Counted from the first letter of the stretch, positions 50,001-63,821 are shown. The stretch: 64,000 bases of DNA from Zygnema circumcarinatum SAG 698-1b (GCA_037447605.1 CM074821.1:62001-126000), one strand, 5' to 3'. Notes: generated by a model from the letters alone, not told the origin. Translations and numbers: made by a program.

Positions 50001-50856
50001 GTTGGAGCTTGTGCTGTCGCAGCCGGAATGGAGAATGGGTGTGTGTGAGAGAGTGAGATAGTTGTTGAGTTTAGAGGAGATGGTCTTCCATTGTTGCGCC
50101 GGTAATAATGTGTGAGTAGTTAAGGGGAGGTCTTCTAACTGTGGGCCACGAGAGGGCTTGGGTCTGCAGGTGCGGAACTCGAGTATGACGGAGGTTAGCA
50201 GGACGGAGTTTATGACCCCGACTGCCTTTATATTTCTGTATGAGAATCAGTTGTTTCTCACCTTTAGAAACCGAACAGTGAGCGTGTGGAATTTCCGCGG
50301 TGAGATGGTGACCTCTTTTGAAGACCACCTTTTGTGGTATCCGGACTGCAACACGAATAACATTTACATCACTAGCGAGCAGGATCTCATAATTTCCTAC
50401 TGTAAGATGGACAATGCGGGAGACGTGGGAGGTAAGGCTAATCCCCCTAGGAACGCTACGAATTCCACTTTGCAACTGAAAATTTGGATTTTTGCCATGC
50501 TTTCGCAGCTGCATTATCTATCGTTGGAACCCTCTTTCTGCCTTGTTCTCGATCACCCGGTTGATGTTGGGGCTGTTTTGAATGGAAGAAACTCGCTGGC
50601 ATGGTTGGCATGCGCAGGAATGGGAGGACAGAGCTCCATTAACATGAGTAATATTCTAACGGGAAAGCTGCTATGGAAAATTCACGCGTCAAAGGACGAG
50701 GGCAGCAGCGTGTGTCCGCCCTCAAAGTCCAAACTGAGGAGTGACACGACGGTGGCAGAGGCCTTAGAGGACGTGACTGCACTTTTTTATGACGAGGATC
50801 GGAATGAAATATACACCGGAAATCGGTCGGGATTTTTGCATGTTTGGAGCAATTAG
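47080..50856 (+). CDS. Conserved plant WD40-like beta-propeller protein, multi-exon
   Basis: PFLKKRSRIVEIAAARDLVFALAHSG, EVIRSLFYNKNNDSLITVSVY, FESESLRWPGFVEFDDVNGKVLTYSAQ, VDFIEQFNEKLLVKQE, FIFLYENQLFLTFRNR, FEDHLLWYPDCNTNNIYIT and EALEDVTALFYDEDRNEIYTGNRSGFLHVWSN* match a highly conserved, poorly characterised plant transducin/WD40-like family. Confidence 0.92.
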
Positions 50857-52538
50857 GATGGAGGCCGTGTACTATGAAGGCGAAGGCGCTTCACTAGGGA
50901 GGGCATCGTCAGTTCTTACATCATTAGCTGTTTGAAGCAAGTTCGCTAGGTATTACTGTGAGCTGCTGGGAGGGAGGGAGGAGGAAGGGACGTTGGTGAC
51001 TTCACAAGTGACACTGGGAGCAGATCGGTGTTATGGAGGGGATCTTTTATTTCCTGGCCGTCTACATATATGGAAGCAGGCGGAGAGCTTCACTTTGTCC
51101 TCTTAGAAAGGCATTCTTTCTGTGGATTCCGCTTTTTTTTTTAGTACCAAGGTTGGCTATTCTCGGCCAATGGAAGACATGATCGGAGAACAGACGATGT
51201 TTTGTTCCCAGGTGGGTCCTGTTAACATACTTCAAAACTCACGTGTGCTCGCTACAGGAGTAGGAGTGCTGCACCTTTGCTGAAGGAAAAAGTAAGCATT
51301 TGTCTGATTCAGGGGATGCTAGACTAACCGGTGTTGCGCGGGTTGCAATTGGGTGTGGGGGGGCAGACGCTCAGCTTGCACAGCGCCTTCCAAGGTTTTG
51401 TCGGCTAATAAAGGAGCCATGGCTTGACCGACCGACCAGTGGGCGTAGCGGTCGCATGTAGTGTACAGTTAAGGAGCGCATTACTTTTTTAGCGAGGATG
51501 TTTTATCTAGGGCAAATGTTTTGATACACCTTCACCTTCTTGGAGGCTTGGAATTTGCAGATTGGGAAATGGAAGTTGGAAATTCTGCTTGAAAACATTT
51601 CTTTTGAATGCTTCACTTGGGTATCGGTGTCGGCTTGTCACATGATATTTTAGGAATGTGAGATGTGCATTCCAAAGGACTTGCCTCGTTACTCATTATT
51701 CCCGGTTGAAGCTCCCAGGGGAGTTTCCTTCGTTTCCCCCAAAGTGACGTCCAATTGGGAGAATTTAGGTTAGGAAGTTTGGTGACTGAGTCTCCGCGTC
51801 TACATTGCAACCCCTTATGGGCCGACCTGTCATTGCTCTCAAAAGCAGGTAGTTGCATCGAGGGGTTACACACGGCAAAACTGACAGCAAAGATATCATT
51901 TAACATAGCAGCCTGATCTGCCGAAATGTACAGACAAAAAACTGACGCTCGTCATGAAAAACAAAAAAACACGATATTCAAATCTCAACACAAAGCGAAC
52001 ACGACAAGGGCAGAGACTTTCGTGTCCTAAACAGAATGAATAAATTGATCAATGACGGAGAGACTCTGGGAACAAGCAAAAAGGGAAAAAAAAAAAATGG
52101 AGAAAAACACGGGGAGAAAGTTGAGCATCCCTCAAGCAATCAAACAGGGCCCGGGCGGGAGCGTTTCTACTATGCAATGCGAGCATCAGCTCTTGAATGA
52201 AGGACAGCTCCCGCGTCTAGAACACCTAACATCTGGCATCACGTTAGAATATGAAGACTCCTTCGGTGTCCTACTTAGTTCTACTTTGCGACTCGGAATT
52301 CACCGTTGGCATGCTTTCAGCATTGCGCCTCGCACAGGCATCGTCCATGAAAAGCTCTAATCTTTACCAAAGCTTTGGCCGAATCGCTCAAATATCACAC
52401 ACCTCTCTCCTCCAATGACGCTTTACTAACTTATCTCCAAGGCATCCAGGAGCACTTCAGTGTCTACTGCCTTTCAAGCTTCCAATCAAATGATAAACGA
52501 CAGCCAATTGTTCCAGAAACGATCTTACCCAGCATTTC

Positions 52539-54146
52539 TCAATCGAACACGGGAAGTTCAACAGGCAGTCTATCTATGCAGTCCGCCCAAGGGCCTTCAT
52601 TCTTATTGGGCTTGATTGTGCGCAGCGCCCGCCAAACTGCACTGTTGCACTTGAAGCCGCTGCCAAATGCTATCTGCCACACACGGTCCCCTCGCCGAAC
52701 TCGGCCTTTTGCCTCTGTGTAAGCTAACTCGTACCAGATGGAGGAAGAAGAAGTGTTTCCAAAACGGTACAACGTCATGCGGGAGGGCTCCACATGCCAA
52801 GGAGTGAGCTGTAAATTCTTCTCAAGCTCATCAATGACAGCGCGTCCACCGGCGTGGATGCAGAAATGCTTGAATGCCAATTTGAAATCCGGGATGTAAG
52901 GCTTGACTTTCACCTTGAATACCTTCCGAGCAACCAAGAAAGCAAAGAAAAGCAACTGTTCCGAGAGAGGTAGCACCAAGGGCCCCAGCGTTGTGATGTT
53001 AGTCTTCAGAGCGTCTCCAGCAATGGCCATCAGGTCCTTTGAAAGCGAAACTCCCATAGTGCCATTTTCATCCTGCTCCTGGTAAACACAGCGGTAACAC
53101 TTGTTGTCTGCACCTTTGTGGGTCCGCACGGTGTGAATGAGCTGGTACTTAGACCGCCGGCGATCACTCCGCTTATTGGAGAGCAGAACTGCGCCGCAGC
53201 CCATACGGAAGAGGCAGTTGGGAATCAGCATGGACCGTCGATTCCCGAAGTACCAATTTTGCGTGATGTTCTCTGTACTCACAACCAGAGCATAGCTTCC
53301 TCCGTGGACCTGCAGCATGTCCCGAGCGAGATCTATTGCAATAACGCCAGCGCTGCAGCCCATGCCTCCAAGGTTGAAGGATCGGATGTTTCCTCTCATT
53401 CCATACTTGTTAACGATCATCGCAGACAGCGAGGGTGTCGGATTGAAGAGGCTGCAGTTCACCACAAGAATGCCGATGTCCTTCGGCTTCAGACCCGTCC
53501 TTTTCAGCAGCTCATCTATGGCTCCGAACATGACGTCCTCCGCCTCTCCCCTTGCTGCGTCCATGCTCGGATTTGGCGGAATTTCACGCACGCCGGGCGG
53601 AAGGTACGTCTCATCTCCAATCCCTGATCGCTCCAGAATTTTATTCTGGAACTCCAAACTCTTCTCATCGAAAAATCCTGACGCCTCAGAGCGGTTTTTG
53701 AAGAGTGCCGACGAGGCCTTCAGTTCCGCATTCGGAACATAGCATGCGTAGTCGACAAGATAGACAGGCCTCTTCCTCGACATGAGATACACAGTCCCTC
53801 CAAACACGAGCGCCGCGCAGCAGATCAGCACGCTGACAAGATTGAACTGCAGGTGCTCCCACAGGAGCGCGAAATCATGGGGCCGCATGCGCAGGAGCTC
53901 CACAGCAACCGACAGAAATAGCGGAATGAGGAGCAGAGTGACCCCGTGCGTGATGAGATAATGGTACCCGAGCTTCACGTACTTCAGGTTCACCGACTGC
54001 AGGAAATCTGGCAAACCCCGGCGGTTCACTCGGATGGAAACGTCCCCATCCCTCTGCCTATGCTCCCCTCCCGAGCCGGCACCGTTCCCTCGCGGCAGCA
54101 GTGGCTTCTGCTGATCGGACACACCCCCATTCCCACCTTTGGCCAT
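52539..54146 (-). CDS. KCS: 3-ketoacyl-CoA synthase (FAE1/KCS very-long-chain fatty acid elongase condensing enzyme), single exon, 535 aa
   Basis: [51 protein letters not shown] (catalytic Cys), [20 protein letters not shown] and [16 protein letters not shown]. The ATG at 54146 in GCAGCC-ATG-G context is preferred over 54206. Confidence 0.97.
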   Translation of the reverse strand: MAKGGNGGVSDQQKPLLPRGNGAGSGGEHRQRDGDVSIRVNRRGLPDFLQSVNLKYVKLGYHYLITHGVTLLLIPLFLSVAVELLRMRPHDFALLWEHLQFNLVSVLICCAALVFGGTVYLMSRKRPVYLVDYACYVPNAELKASSALFKNRSEASGFFDEKSLEFQNKILERSGIGDETYLPPGVREIPPNPSMDAARGEAEDVMFGAIDELLKRTGLKPKDIGILVVNCSLFNPTPSLSAMIVNKYGMRGNIRSFNLGGMGCSAGVIAIDLARDMLQVHGGSYALVVSTENITQNWYFGNRRSMLIPNCLFRMGCGAVLLSNKRSDRRRSKYQLIHTVRTHKGADNKCYRCVYQEQDENGTMGVSLSKDLMAIAGDALKTNITTLGPLVLPLSEQLLFFAFLVARKVFKVKVKPYIPDFKLAFKHFCIHAGGRAVIDELEKNLQLTPWHVEPSRMTLYRFGNTSSSSIWYELAYTEAKGRVRRGDRVWQIAFGSGFKCNSAVWRALRTIKPNKNEGPWADCIDRLPVELPVFD

Positions 54147-54441
54147 GGCTGCACTTCCCCTCCCTCGCCTCCTCTCCCTCTCTCCCTCTCTCCCTCTCCC
54201 CCTCACTCCCTCCCCTCTCCCTCAGGGGCCTCCCCCTCGCCCCCTCTCCGGCCTCGCCGCGCCCGCAGCGCAGGCTGCCGTCTCCCTTCCTTGCAGGCTG
54301 CGCCTGTCTGTCTGTCAGAGCCTCCGGGGCACGGCCCCCCCCCCCCCNNNNNNNNNNGCCCCCCCCCCCCCCCGTGCCCCCAATCCGTCCCAACCGCGAC
54401 GGACAGTTTACCCCTTTGCCCGCGCGGGGAGGTTGTTTATC

Positions 54442-55212
54442 CACGTGGCGTCCTCTGCCAAGAAATTCCAACTTCGGTAATCTCTGTGATTTAAAAAAAA
54501 AAAGTCGCCTGCCCATGGGCCTACAACTTTCTAGGGGTTCCCTGCCGGAAATTGTACTCAACTCCCGGAAAAACAATTCAAGAAAATTTACCGCCATTCC
54601 AAAAGTTTTGACAGACGAGTAGAAACATTTCGGCTCTGCCCGACCAATGCCCCCTCCCGCCCCCGGCGCTGGCCGGCCTTGGCGCCTTCGAAAGCGGCCG
54701 CGCGTGCTGGCGTCAATGAGGGCCAGTGGGCGCGCGCCACGTGGTCGGTCCGCCGCTTGTCAGCCGCCGCCCGGCCTGTCCGCGCCCGTCCTCGTCGAAA
54801 ACTCGCGGGAAGCTCCCCGCCCGCCCGCCACGGCGGCTTTGGCCTGTGCCGCGCAGCCAAGTGTGAGACAATGGGGGGAGCCGCTGGCGCGGCGAGCCCT
54901 CATTGGCTCGGGCAGCTCGCGTCGTCCCAAAACGAAAGGCGCGAAAGTTGGGTCTCGCCAATCATGCGCCCGCGCAGAGTACCGTTCGCCACGTGGACCC
55001 GCCGTGAAACGCGGGGCCAATAGGGCTGGCCGATGTTTGAATCTTGCGGGGCTCTGTTTTATGAAAGAAATACTTTATTTCTGTTTCCTACAACGATGTT
55101 TGCGTAAAATCTGTACTAATTTTTTATCATAATCGTTTGAATGAAAAGGTTGACAGCTGTCGTCCGTACGGCAGTAATGCCGAGCGGGGTATGCGGCGGT
55201 CGAGGCCACGTG
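54442..55212. promoter_or_regulatory. Cluster of four CCACGTGG G-box/ABRE-type palindromes in the KCS / PHD-gene divergent intergenic region
   Basis: CACGTG cores at 54442, 54738, 54990 and 55207, each within CCACGTGG; function is inferred only. Confidence 0.5.
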
Positions 55213-55638
55213 GCAGCGCGGCAGGGCCTTGACCGCGAGCTCGCGGTCACCAAGTTGGGCGCCGCGCCGGCCAGTGGCGCGTCGCCGCGTGGCCTTCCTC
55301 CCTCGGCTGCACGCACGCACGCGTGGAGGGGCGCCATTGGCCGCCGCGCGGCCTCCAGTTCCGCCACAATGAGTTGACTTTTTGCTGCCCTTTACCGCTC
55401 GCGTGGTGCGCCTGCCCGCACAGTTCGCCCCCCTGCGCGCGGAGCGGCGGGGGCGGTTACTGCGACTGGAACTGCGCATCCATGAGGACGCGCCCTTACA
55501 GCGAATGCGTTACTCGGTAGCAGGGCACACGGCTGTAGCTTTAGCTGTAGCTTTCGGTGGTGTCGCTCGGCAAATTAGGGCTACAGCCGGCGAGGCGATG
55601 GCGGATTAGGGCTGGGACTGGAGCTGGGGTCCTTCCGG

Positions 55639-55670
<32 letters not shown>

Positions 55671-55823
55671 CGGGCGGCCGGGCGGGCGCGCAGAGGGGCT
55701 GCCCTGCGGGACTGGACTGTGCTCTCCTTTTCCTATGAACCTGCATCCGAGGATTAGGGTTGCAGGTTTCGGGTTGGAGCATCTGCGTGAGCGGCGTAGG
55801 GCCTTGGTGGCCATCTTCCCGCC

Positions 55824-58800
55824 ATGGCGGCTGTTATTACAGCAGATGAATGGACTTCAACGTCAGAGGAGTGCGACGAAGAGTCGTGGGTGGTTGACTG
55901 CCCCTGCGGAGTTAACTTCGATGACGGGGATGAAATGGTGGAATGTGATGCCTGCGGAGTGTGGGTGCATACATCATGCTGCAGGGTTCCAAAAGGCCTT
56001 GCAACATACATCTGTGAGCGATGTAAGTTGAATAAAAAAAGAGTTGATGGCGTCGCCTCATCGAACGATGCAGTGCCTCTCGTGCAGCGTCCATCCAGAA
56101 ACCACATGTTGGGAGACGGCAGGCAGGACAGCTGGCAAGGGGGAGAGATTCCAATAGGAGATAGGGTTCATGTGCAGGGAGCAGCAGGGGGGGATAGCCG
56201 AGCGCTGTCAGGGACTAGCCGAGCATTCTCTAAGCAGTTGTGGAAATTCACAGGACTTGTGCCAAAAGCCATCCATTTCCAATTTTGTGACTTGCCGCCA
56301 CCTCCTTATGACGACGATGTGAGTGACCTTATGTTGCTGGATCCCTTTTTTGGTCGCCTGGCTCTGCATGAGCTGCGGCCATCGCCATCAAATGTTGGAC
56401 AGGGCAAAGTGAAGACTGCGGAAGCCAGGAAGCAAGCGCAACCGGTGTTGGGGTATTCACGATCAGGGGGGAAATCTAATGAAGGGTGGCTGAGTCCAAC
56501 GCGTCTGCCGGCCATTAAAGGGGAGGAACAAGGTCCCAGAAATAGTGACCAATTCAAGCAGCATCACGGGAAGTTTGATAAAAAACACAAGCATAAGCGT
56601 CAGAGTGGGGAGAAATCCAGGCGAACCTCGAGCAGTTTGTTGAAGGAAAGCCGCTCACACAGAGCTAATCGTAAAGGGACGGATGCCAAGGAGAATTTGC
56701 GGAACGAGAAGGAGAGTCGAAGACGAGGACGAAGTGTGGAAAGTGGTGGTTTTACTAGTTTTTCAGATTTGGAAGGTGATACTCGGAAAATGCGGAGAGT
56801 TGGCAGTCAGAGTGGAAAGGAAAGGGAGAGAGAGAGAGCAGAGCGTGAGAAAGAGAGGGAGAAGGCAGAGCGGGAGAGGGAGAGAGAAAAGGAGAGGGAG
56901 AGCGAAAAGGAGAGGGAAAGGGAGAGAGAAAAAGAGAGGGAGAGCGAAAAGGAGAGGGAGAGAGAGAGAGAAAAGGAGAGGGAGAGGGAGAAAGAGAAGG
57001 AGAGGGAGAGGGAGAGAAAAGGAGAGGGAGAGGGAGAAAGAGAAGGAGAGGGAGAGGGAGAGGGAGAAAGAGAAGGAGAAGGAGAGGGAGAGGGAGAGGG
57101 AGAAAGAGAAGGAGAGGGAGAGGGAGAGGGAGAGCACTATGGCGAGTGTACCTGCGTCCTTGATGTCTCCTCCCATCTACAAAGGGAATGGCAGCAAAAA
57201 CCCAAAATCTATGAAGAAGGCAGCAGTTGCGGAGTACATGGATGTTAAGAAGCAGGTGTGCGCACAATCTTCTGCGGTCATCAAAATGGTTCTCCGGAGG
57301 GGAAGCAGTGGTATGTTTGAGCTCCCCCTTTCAGGGTTGTGATGTGAGATGCTGACTTCCAACTAAGAAGTCTTCCTCGCCACTCACTCAACTCACGTTT
57401 CTTGCTCTGGTTGGCGGGATGATTAAATCAGATCCACGTTCGAAGTTGTACAGGCTGATGCATATGGAGTTATGTTGGTGAAAGTATCATCAAGTCTAGA
57501 TTATCGTTGGAAGGTTTCAGAAAGAGACTAAAGTTGACTGAAGTCTTGTTTCATTGTGGACTTCTGGAGCAGGTGGGGCTGTTTCAAGCACGTTGGCCAG
57601 TCACGACGTGGCGGAAGGCAAAGCAGGAGGTGCAGTAGGAGGTAGCGCTGCTGGAGGGTGTTCATCTGAACAGTCGCTCGATACTGGTTACAAGCTAGAG
57701 TTGAAAATTGCGGCTGCTGAGTGTGCACAACAACCAGAGAGAAAGGAAGCAGATATGGAACGCGAGGGATGCGCACGTACAGCTGGAGTTCCGCCAACCT
57801 CCTTGAGAGAGGAAAAAGAGAAATGCAAACCCCAGCAGTTAGACCAAACATCTTTAAACCTGACCACCCAGCAGCAGCATCAGCAGCAAGCCTTGCAACA
57901 ACTGCAGCTGTCTCTGGTGGATTTGAAGGAGCTGCTTCAGCAATCTCAAGAGGCTCATAGTTTATCGAAGCACCAGCAGTCTGGCCAGAAAGGAGCAAGT
58001 CAGCAGAAGCAGAGCTCTCAAACGAGAAGCAACAATCATTTGAGAGGGCAAACTTTGCCGAAGGAGCAGGTCAGGCGACCACATCAGCAGAGAGCCCAAG
58101 GACATGAGGCTGCATGCAGTCCTCAGCAAGTTGGAGTCCTGTCTCTGCAAGAGCCCGAGATACCACGAGACTGTACCCCGTCATTTGCAACTGCTCAGGA
58201 CGAGCAGACGGCACTGAATGCCGATGGGAAGGCAGACCATTCAATTTCAGTGGTTGATGTTCCACAGTCAGCAGAACCGATTGGTAAGCATGCTATTGGC
58301 TTAGTCGGAGAAATTAGCTTAAAGAATGCCTCTGCATCTGGTGCTCCTGCTTCGGAAATAGCCCTGGGAGGTTCATCACCTTCCCCTATGTCAGATGTAG
58401 GAAAAGACAGCATAAAGCCTTGTAGCCCGGTGCAGCCTACTGTGTCACTTCAGGAGAATTATGAGGGCGACTCTGAGAAACCTGCCGCACCTTCGTCAGT
58501 GCCAGGAATCGAGATACCTCGTGTTGAAATACAACAGGCAACAGTGAGCGATGCCTACGGGGATGTGAAGCCGCTCGTAAGACAAGGTGCGCCAAGTGCT
58601 GCTGGCGGTATGCTGCAGACTGGCGATGTGGCCATGGCACTGTTGCCACAAAAGCAGCAGAAGGACCCTCCAATTGTTGGCAGTGAGGCGATGACTTCTG
58701 GTGAAGGATCTTTTCTGCCTGTACATACAACGAGCGCGGAGCAAGAGACGTATAACCAGAATGGGGATCCAACATTCAACCAACATGGTGCTTCAGGACA

Positions 58801-61800
58801 CCATGCTTCTAATGCTAATGCTTCCTCTATCCAAGGGCACTTGGATTTGCCGCCACCTTCTGCACAGCAAAAGTCAGCGATTCCTGGGGAAGCCGGAGCT
58901 TCAATCGCCAGTCGTTATGCCACATCCTTGTACTCCAATTTGGCGCTGAACTTTGTCAGGGAACATGGAGATAAGGGGCCTCTCGCTACTGGCCCAGTTT
59001 CAAATCAGGACTTGTGCCCTGTGGAGGGGGTTCAACAAGCCTCCACAGGCAAGCAGTCACATGCAGAGTCAGAGTCTACACTCACAGCTTCTGCAAATCC
59101 TCCGGAGGAAGTTGGGGAAGGTAGCTTCAGTAGGATTGACTCACTTTCTAAAGCAGCTCTGCGTAACACAGTGACCTACACACAACCGTCACAGTCCAGT
59201 CAACGTCAAGTGCCGAATCTGGCAGCTAATACGAACACTATTCAGGGTTCGGGTCAGCCACATTCCACAGGTACAGGCAAGGGAGCCATGCAGACTTTCT
59301 CTGCAATTCAGACACCGAGAGCATCCCAAGGGTTGAAACCTACTGCAGGACAAGGTACAGGAGGTTCTCTTTTAAAGGCTCCGGGAGCCAATTCACGGAT
59401 TGGTCCGAGGTCTACTCCGCTTGGTGAACCCGAAAAGGGTGAGCCTGGTCGAGATGGTGCGATGCTTAATGGTCCGCCGATAGTTTCTTCGTCCAACTCA
59501 TGGAAAGGGGCAGCAGCAAGTGGCTATAGTTCCTCTGCATCGGTCGAGCTAGGTCCTTCACCTCCACCGGCTGATGCGAGGCAGCTAATAACAACAGCTT
59601 CACGTAGCAGTGCGGCTCATTCAAAAACACCAGGTCACCATGTGACAGGTCAAAAGGTAGTTACGGCTTCACCAACCGGCCATGCACATGTGTTCCCTCC
59701 ATCGTCCTCTTCCTCGTCTCCTGCACAGCACGTGGCTAATGTTTCTCCTCCAGCAAGTGAAAAGCCGACTCAACCGTTTTCAACAACACCAGCAAAAGTA
59801 CCATTTGGTTCACCATTCTCTCTGAAACAGGCCTCACCCTCGGCACACGGGCAGAAGGATTCGGGAATGCTTCGTCGAGAGTTACCTTTGCTCAGTTCTT
59901 CGGTGAATTCCAAGGGAAATCAGCATCAGGTGCAACCCAACCAATCTGCCTCTGCCCCTCCCAGACCCATTCCACCATCGGAGAAGAGTCGGATGCTCAA
60001 GATGGGGAAGCCGATCGATAGAGATAGGCCCAAACTGGACAAGCAGCACTCGGGCTCTCACGAACGAGAGCAGCAGGAACGCCATGATAGGACGGAACGA
60101 GCTTCAAGCAGCACGCATCATTTGAAGACTGTGGTTTGTTTGAAGCTGGAAGAGGGCGCACTGCCATCGAGCCTTAATGGAGGGCAGTCGACGAAAGGGT
60201 TAGCAGTCATGCCACCCCCGCCGCCACCTGCCTCCCAAAAGCGTGGCAATCAGAGCTCTGCCCCTCTTAACGATGAAGAGGTGATTTTTTCGTGGCCATA
60301 CATGCCTTCTACTCTCACACCCTTCAGCCAAGAATTTCAGGTCTGATGCTTTATGTCATCGTTGGTTTGTCGAGGCTTTAATGGACAACCATTGTTTCAA
60401 TCAATTTGTTATATTCTGCTACTTCGCCGTTGACCACTGAACTTTCTTCTTGCCCTTTGGATGGTTGGTCGTTTGCCCTGTGGGCTCCACGTGCTAGTCG
60501 TGGCTGCTCTGAATGGACCGATTACCGAACACAAAACTGAGGGTTTTTAAAAGCATGGTGTTCATGAAGGAATAGGCATGCTTGAATGCATGCCATCGTC
60601 ATGTGTAACAAAAAACAGTCTTCAGTACCTTTTGAGCTTCTATTTCATAAGGAATCCCACTATAGTACACATTTTCTGGAATCCAATGATCATGTTTGCA
60701 TTCTACTGATCGGCATCCCATCTGTTTTGGTGCTGGTGGTGTCACAGTTGGCGCTGCTTTTGCACCAAGAACTGAACAGCTCTCCAAGAGTGCCACGTGT
60801 TGCACGGTCCGCTGCCTTAAACCGGCAACCTGCAACTCCTCTCCATGGGGCAGGGCTGCCATCTGTACCGGCCAAGCGAACCTCTGGACACTCTTCAAGG
60901 GACCTCCAGGTGAATGCCACTTCACTTTGATCATGGTGTACGTCTTCTCTACTGAAGCAGCGGCAGCGGGGAAATGCTTTCCTCTCTTGTATGCAGCTAT
61001 TCGGTTAACCACAGATACTGTCTCTGTGTGCAGGGCCCCCGTAAGAGACTTCGTGATGACAAATGCCGCGATTTGTCGCGGTCGCCAATGGAGGAAGGTA
61101 GCGGAGGCCGTAGCGAAGAGGGAGGGGGGGGCCCGGGGAGTCCACGAGGGAGCGGTGGCAGCCATCTGCAAGAGGGAGGGAGGAGGGAGGTGTGGGAGGA
61201 GGGACAGCACATGCGCAGCAGCCGGGCAAGTAGCGGGCGTGGTGATGCTTCGTCCGGGGCTGAAGAAGGAGGCAGCCATGGACGAAGGAGCGCAAAGGAA
61301 TACGAGGGAGAAGGGTGTTCGGTATCACTCCCAGGTAAGGATTGGAAAAGGCTTTGTCAAAGTTATTCAATGAATGACACTGTCGTAAGCTTCTAGGTGG
61401 TTGGCATAGCTTTCTTTGAAGGGATACCATGTTGATTGCTAGGATGGAAAGGACTATATGACCACGTGGCTGTGAGTAAGGTTTTGTGACTGTAGAGAAA
61501 ATGCTTCAGGAATCTGTGTTCCCCTCGCTTTGTCTCCCGTGGTTGAAGGCGTTCTGTGGAATGTTGTGGGGACAGATCTCATTCAGGAGCTACTGGAGAA
61601 GCACGACCACGATGACGAAAGTGGCTTCTCCCTCAGCTCACTTGTGGAAGCTGTTTCTCGGGTGAGAGTCTGTTTTCTTCATGCACGCCTCTAGACTCTA
61701 TGCAGGTGAAAAATCTTGCAGGTGGTGTACGTCATTTCATCGGCTTCATATGTTTGTACATGCAGCCGAAGTACTTCAGACTAGTTCCGTTGACGACACA

Positions 61801-63821
61801 CTTCTCAACTTCCTCACTCAGAATTAATATGATTTAAAAGGAATGTCTGGAATAAGATTACGTCTCTTTGACTTTCAAAGAGACGTAATCTTATCTTATC
61901 TTATCTTTTCTTTCTTTATTCTTTGACAGCAAGCCTGCACCTTCACCATTATGTTATGCCTGTCTCTGATTCATGGATGTATGAGTTTGGGGGGTGGGGA
62001 CTGCAGGAGTGGCATCGTGTGCGGAACAGTTCAGGAGAAGAGGGGAGGCAGCGGCAGGCAGTGGTGGACTGCCTGCGGAGCCGCCCAGCGTGGGCACGTC
62101 TCCTACCTCCAGACCTCAGAGTGAGTGAGGCTCACTTTATTCTCCTGCACAGCTTCTGAACCTCAGGAGTAGAACTTGCTACAATTCACACTGCCATGTG
62201 GATGAGTTGAAGGAGAGGAGCACTGGGGATGATCAATGCATGGCAGTACACGGCTGGCAGTGTTGATGTGTTGCCTTCTTACTGAGCTTGAAAATGAAAT
62301 AGCTTCAAGGGGACGCTGCTCTTGGTCTGATCGCCGTTATCAAGAAAGTGGCAATCTCTCGCATAGTCGCACCCACTTCCTATGTTGAGTTCAGGGCGCC
62401 CTCAGCACCTGTGTCAGGTGAAGCTGGAGAAAGGGAGGGTGGACGAAGGGTGTTTCTCATTTACTTTTGTGTCTGTCCTGCTGCAGGGGCATCCTGCACC
62501 GAAAAGGCGAAGGCACACAGATTTCATGAGTGCTTCGGAATCGAATAGTGAATTAGAAGACGATGAAGTTGAGAACGGGAAGAGAGGCGAGGCCAGGCTT
62601 AGAGAGGAGGTGCCTGATGTAGATGAGAAAGTCGTTGTAGAGGAAGAAGAGAGTCAAGACCTTGGAGGAGGAAGAGGAGTGGGAGGAGAAGAAAGTGAAG
62701 AGGAGACCAGTCGACCTCCAAAACGGCTTCGAAGCCATGATGAGCATAGCATCGGTCTAAAGGGTAGCTCGGATCGCAAAACGAGAACAGAAGGAGAGTG
62801 TATTGCAGGTTTGGAAGATGTTCCGAAGGGCAAACGCAAAGCGCGTCGCCCGAGAGTTCTTGGGACGGAGAATGTATCCGGTGGGAATGACTCGGGGGCA
62901 GAGTTTGAACAGGACGAAAGGACGAGGCGGGATGCGAAGGGCAGGCAATGGCAGCATGAGGGCGGAGGAAAGGGAGATAGCAGGGAGCGGTGGGAAGGGA
63001 GGGGGAAGGAGGAGCTGAGGGAGAGGAGAGACGGCGGGCTTAAGCAAGAGAGGAGTGAGCGTGAGCTCCATAAGGAGCGACTCAGTAGGGACAGAGGGAG
63101 AAGGGAGGATGAAAGAAGAGAACGGGACAGAGGGAAAGAGCGAAGAGACAAGGCAGAGCAAGGGGAGCGGCGGAGCCGGGAGAGGAGTGGTGCTGGTGAC
63201 TGGGGAGAAAGGCGGGATAGAGGGGAGAAGACTGACAGGCAGGACCGGCTGAGGAGAGAGGGTTCTGAATGGAAAGGAGGCCATGAAGAGATGGAAGAAC
63301 GAGGAGGACGACAGGGTAGAGTTCGAGAAATGAGTGAAGACAGAGGTGCTCGTAGGGATACTGCAGACAAAGTCGTAAAAGAAGAGAGAAACCTGAGAAA
63401 TCGGGAGGACGACTCCAGAAAGCACCGGAGGAAGGAAAGCGTTGCTGAGGAGATGCGTGAGAAAGGCGAAAGTGGACGACATCGCCCTCCTGCCGCCAAG
63501 CACGACAGTCAGAAGAGGCAGGACAAGAGAGTGCAGGCCCGGGAGGCGGAGGATAGCAAGCACAGAAAGAAGGTGGCGGAGCAGGGAGGGAAGAAGAGCA
63601 CTGAGGAGAGTGATGGAGACCCGGGGGGGAGTCCTAACGACACGGGCGAGGACGGCAGCGACGAGGACGCAGTGAGCAACTTCAGCCAAGAGGACGAGGA
63701 GATGGTGGGCCGCCGCGAGAGTCCGGGGGAGGAGGAAGAGGAGGAAGAAGACGAGGAGGACCCTGAGGAGGAGGAGGAAGGCGAAGCTGCGGGCGAGGGA
63801 GAAACCGCTTCGGAGGATTGA
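55824..63821 (+). CDS. Large plant PHD-finger chromatin protein, about 7 exons, apparent frameshift near 57015
   Basis: N-terminal PHD VDCPCGVNFDDGDEMVECDACGVWVHTSC...YICERC; RE repeat; long disordered exon 57572-60280; conserved LNDEE-LALLLHQELNSSPRVPR and QAVVDCLRSRPAWARL blocks of a plant PHD family; acidic tail ends at stop 63821; splice phases consistent. Confidence 0.85.
56820..57135 (+). repeat. Purine-only GA-rich coding repeat (RE/KE dipeptides)
   Basis: Units such as GAGAGGGAGAGAGAAAAG; the sequence is almost exclusively A/G. Confidence 0.9.
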
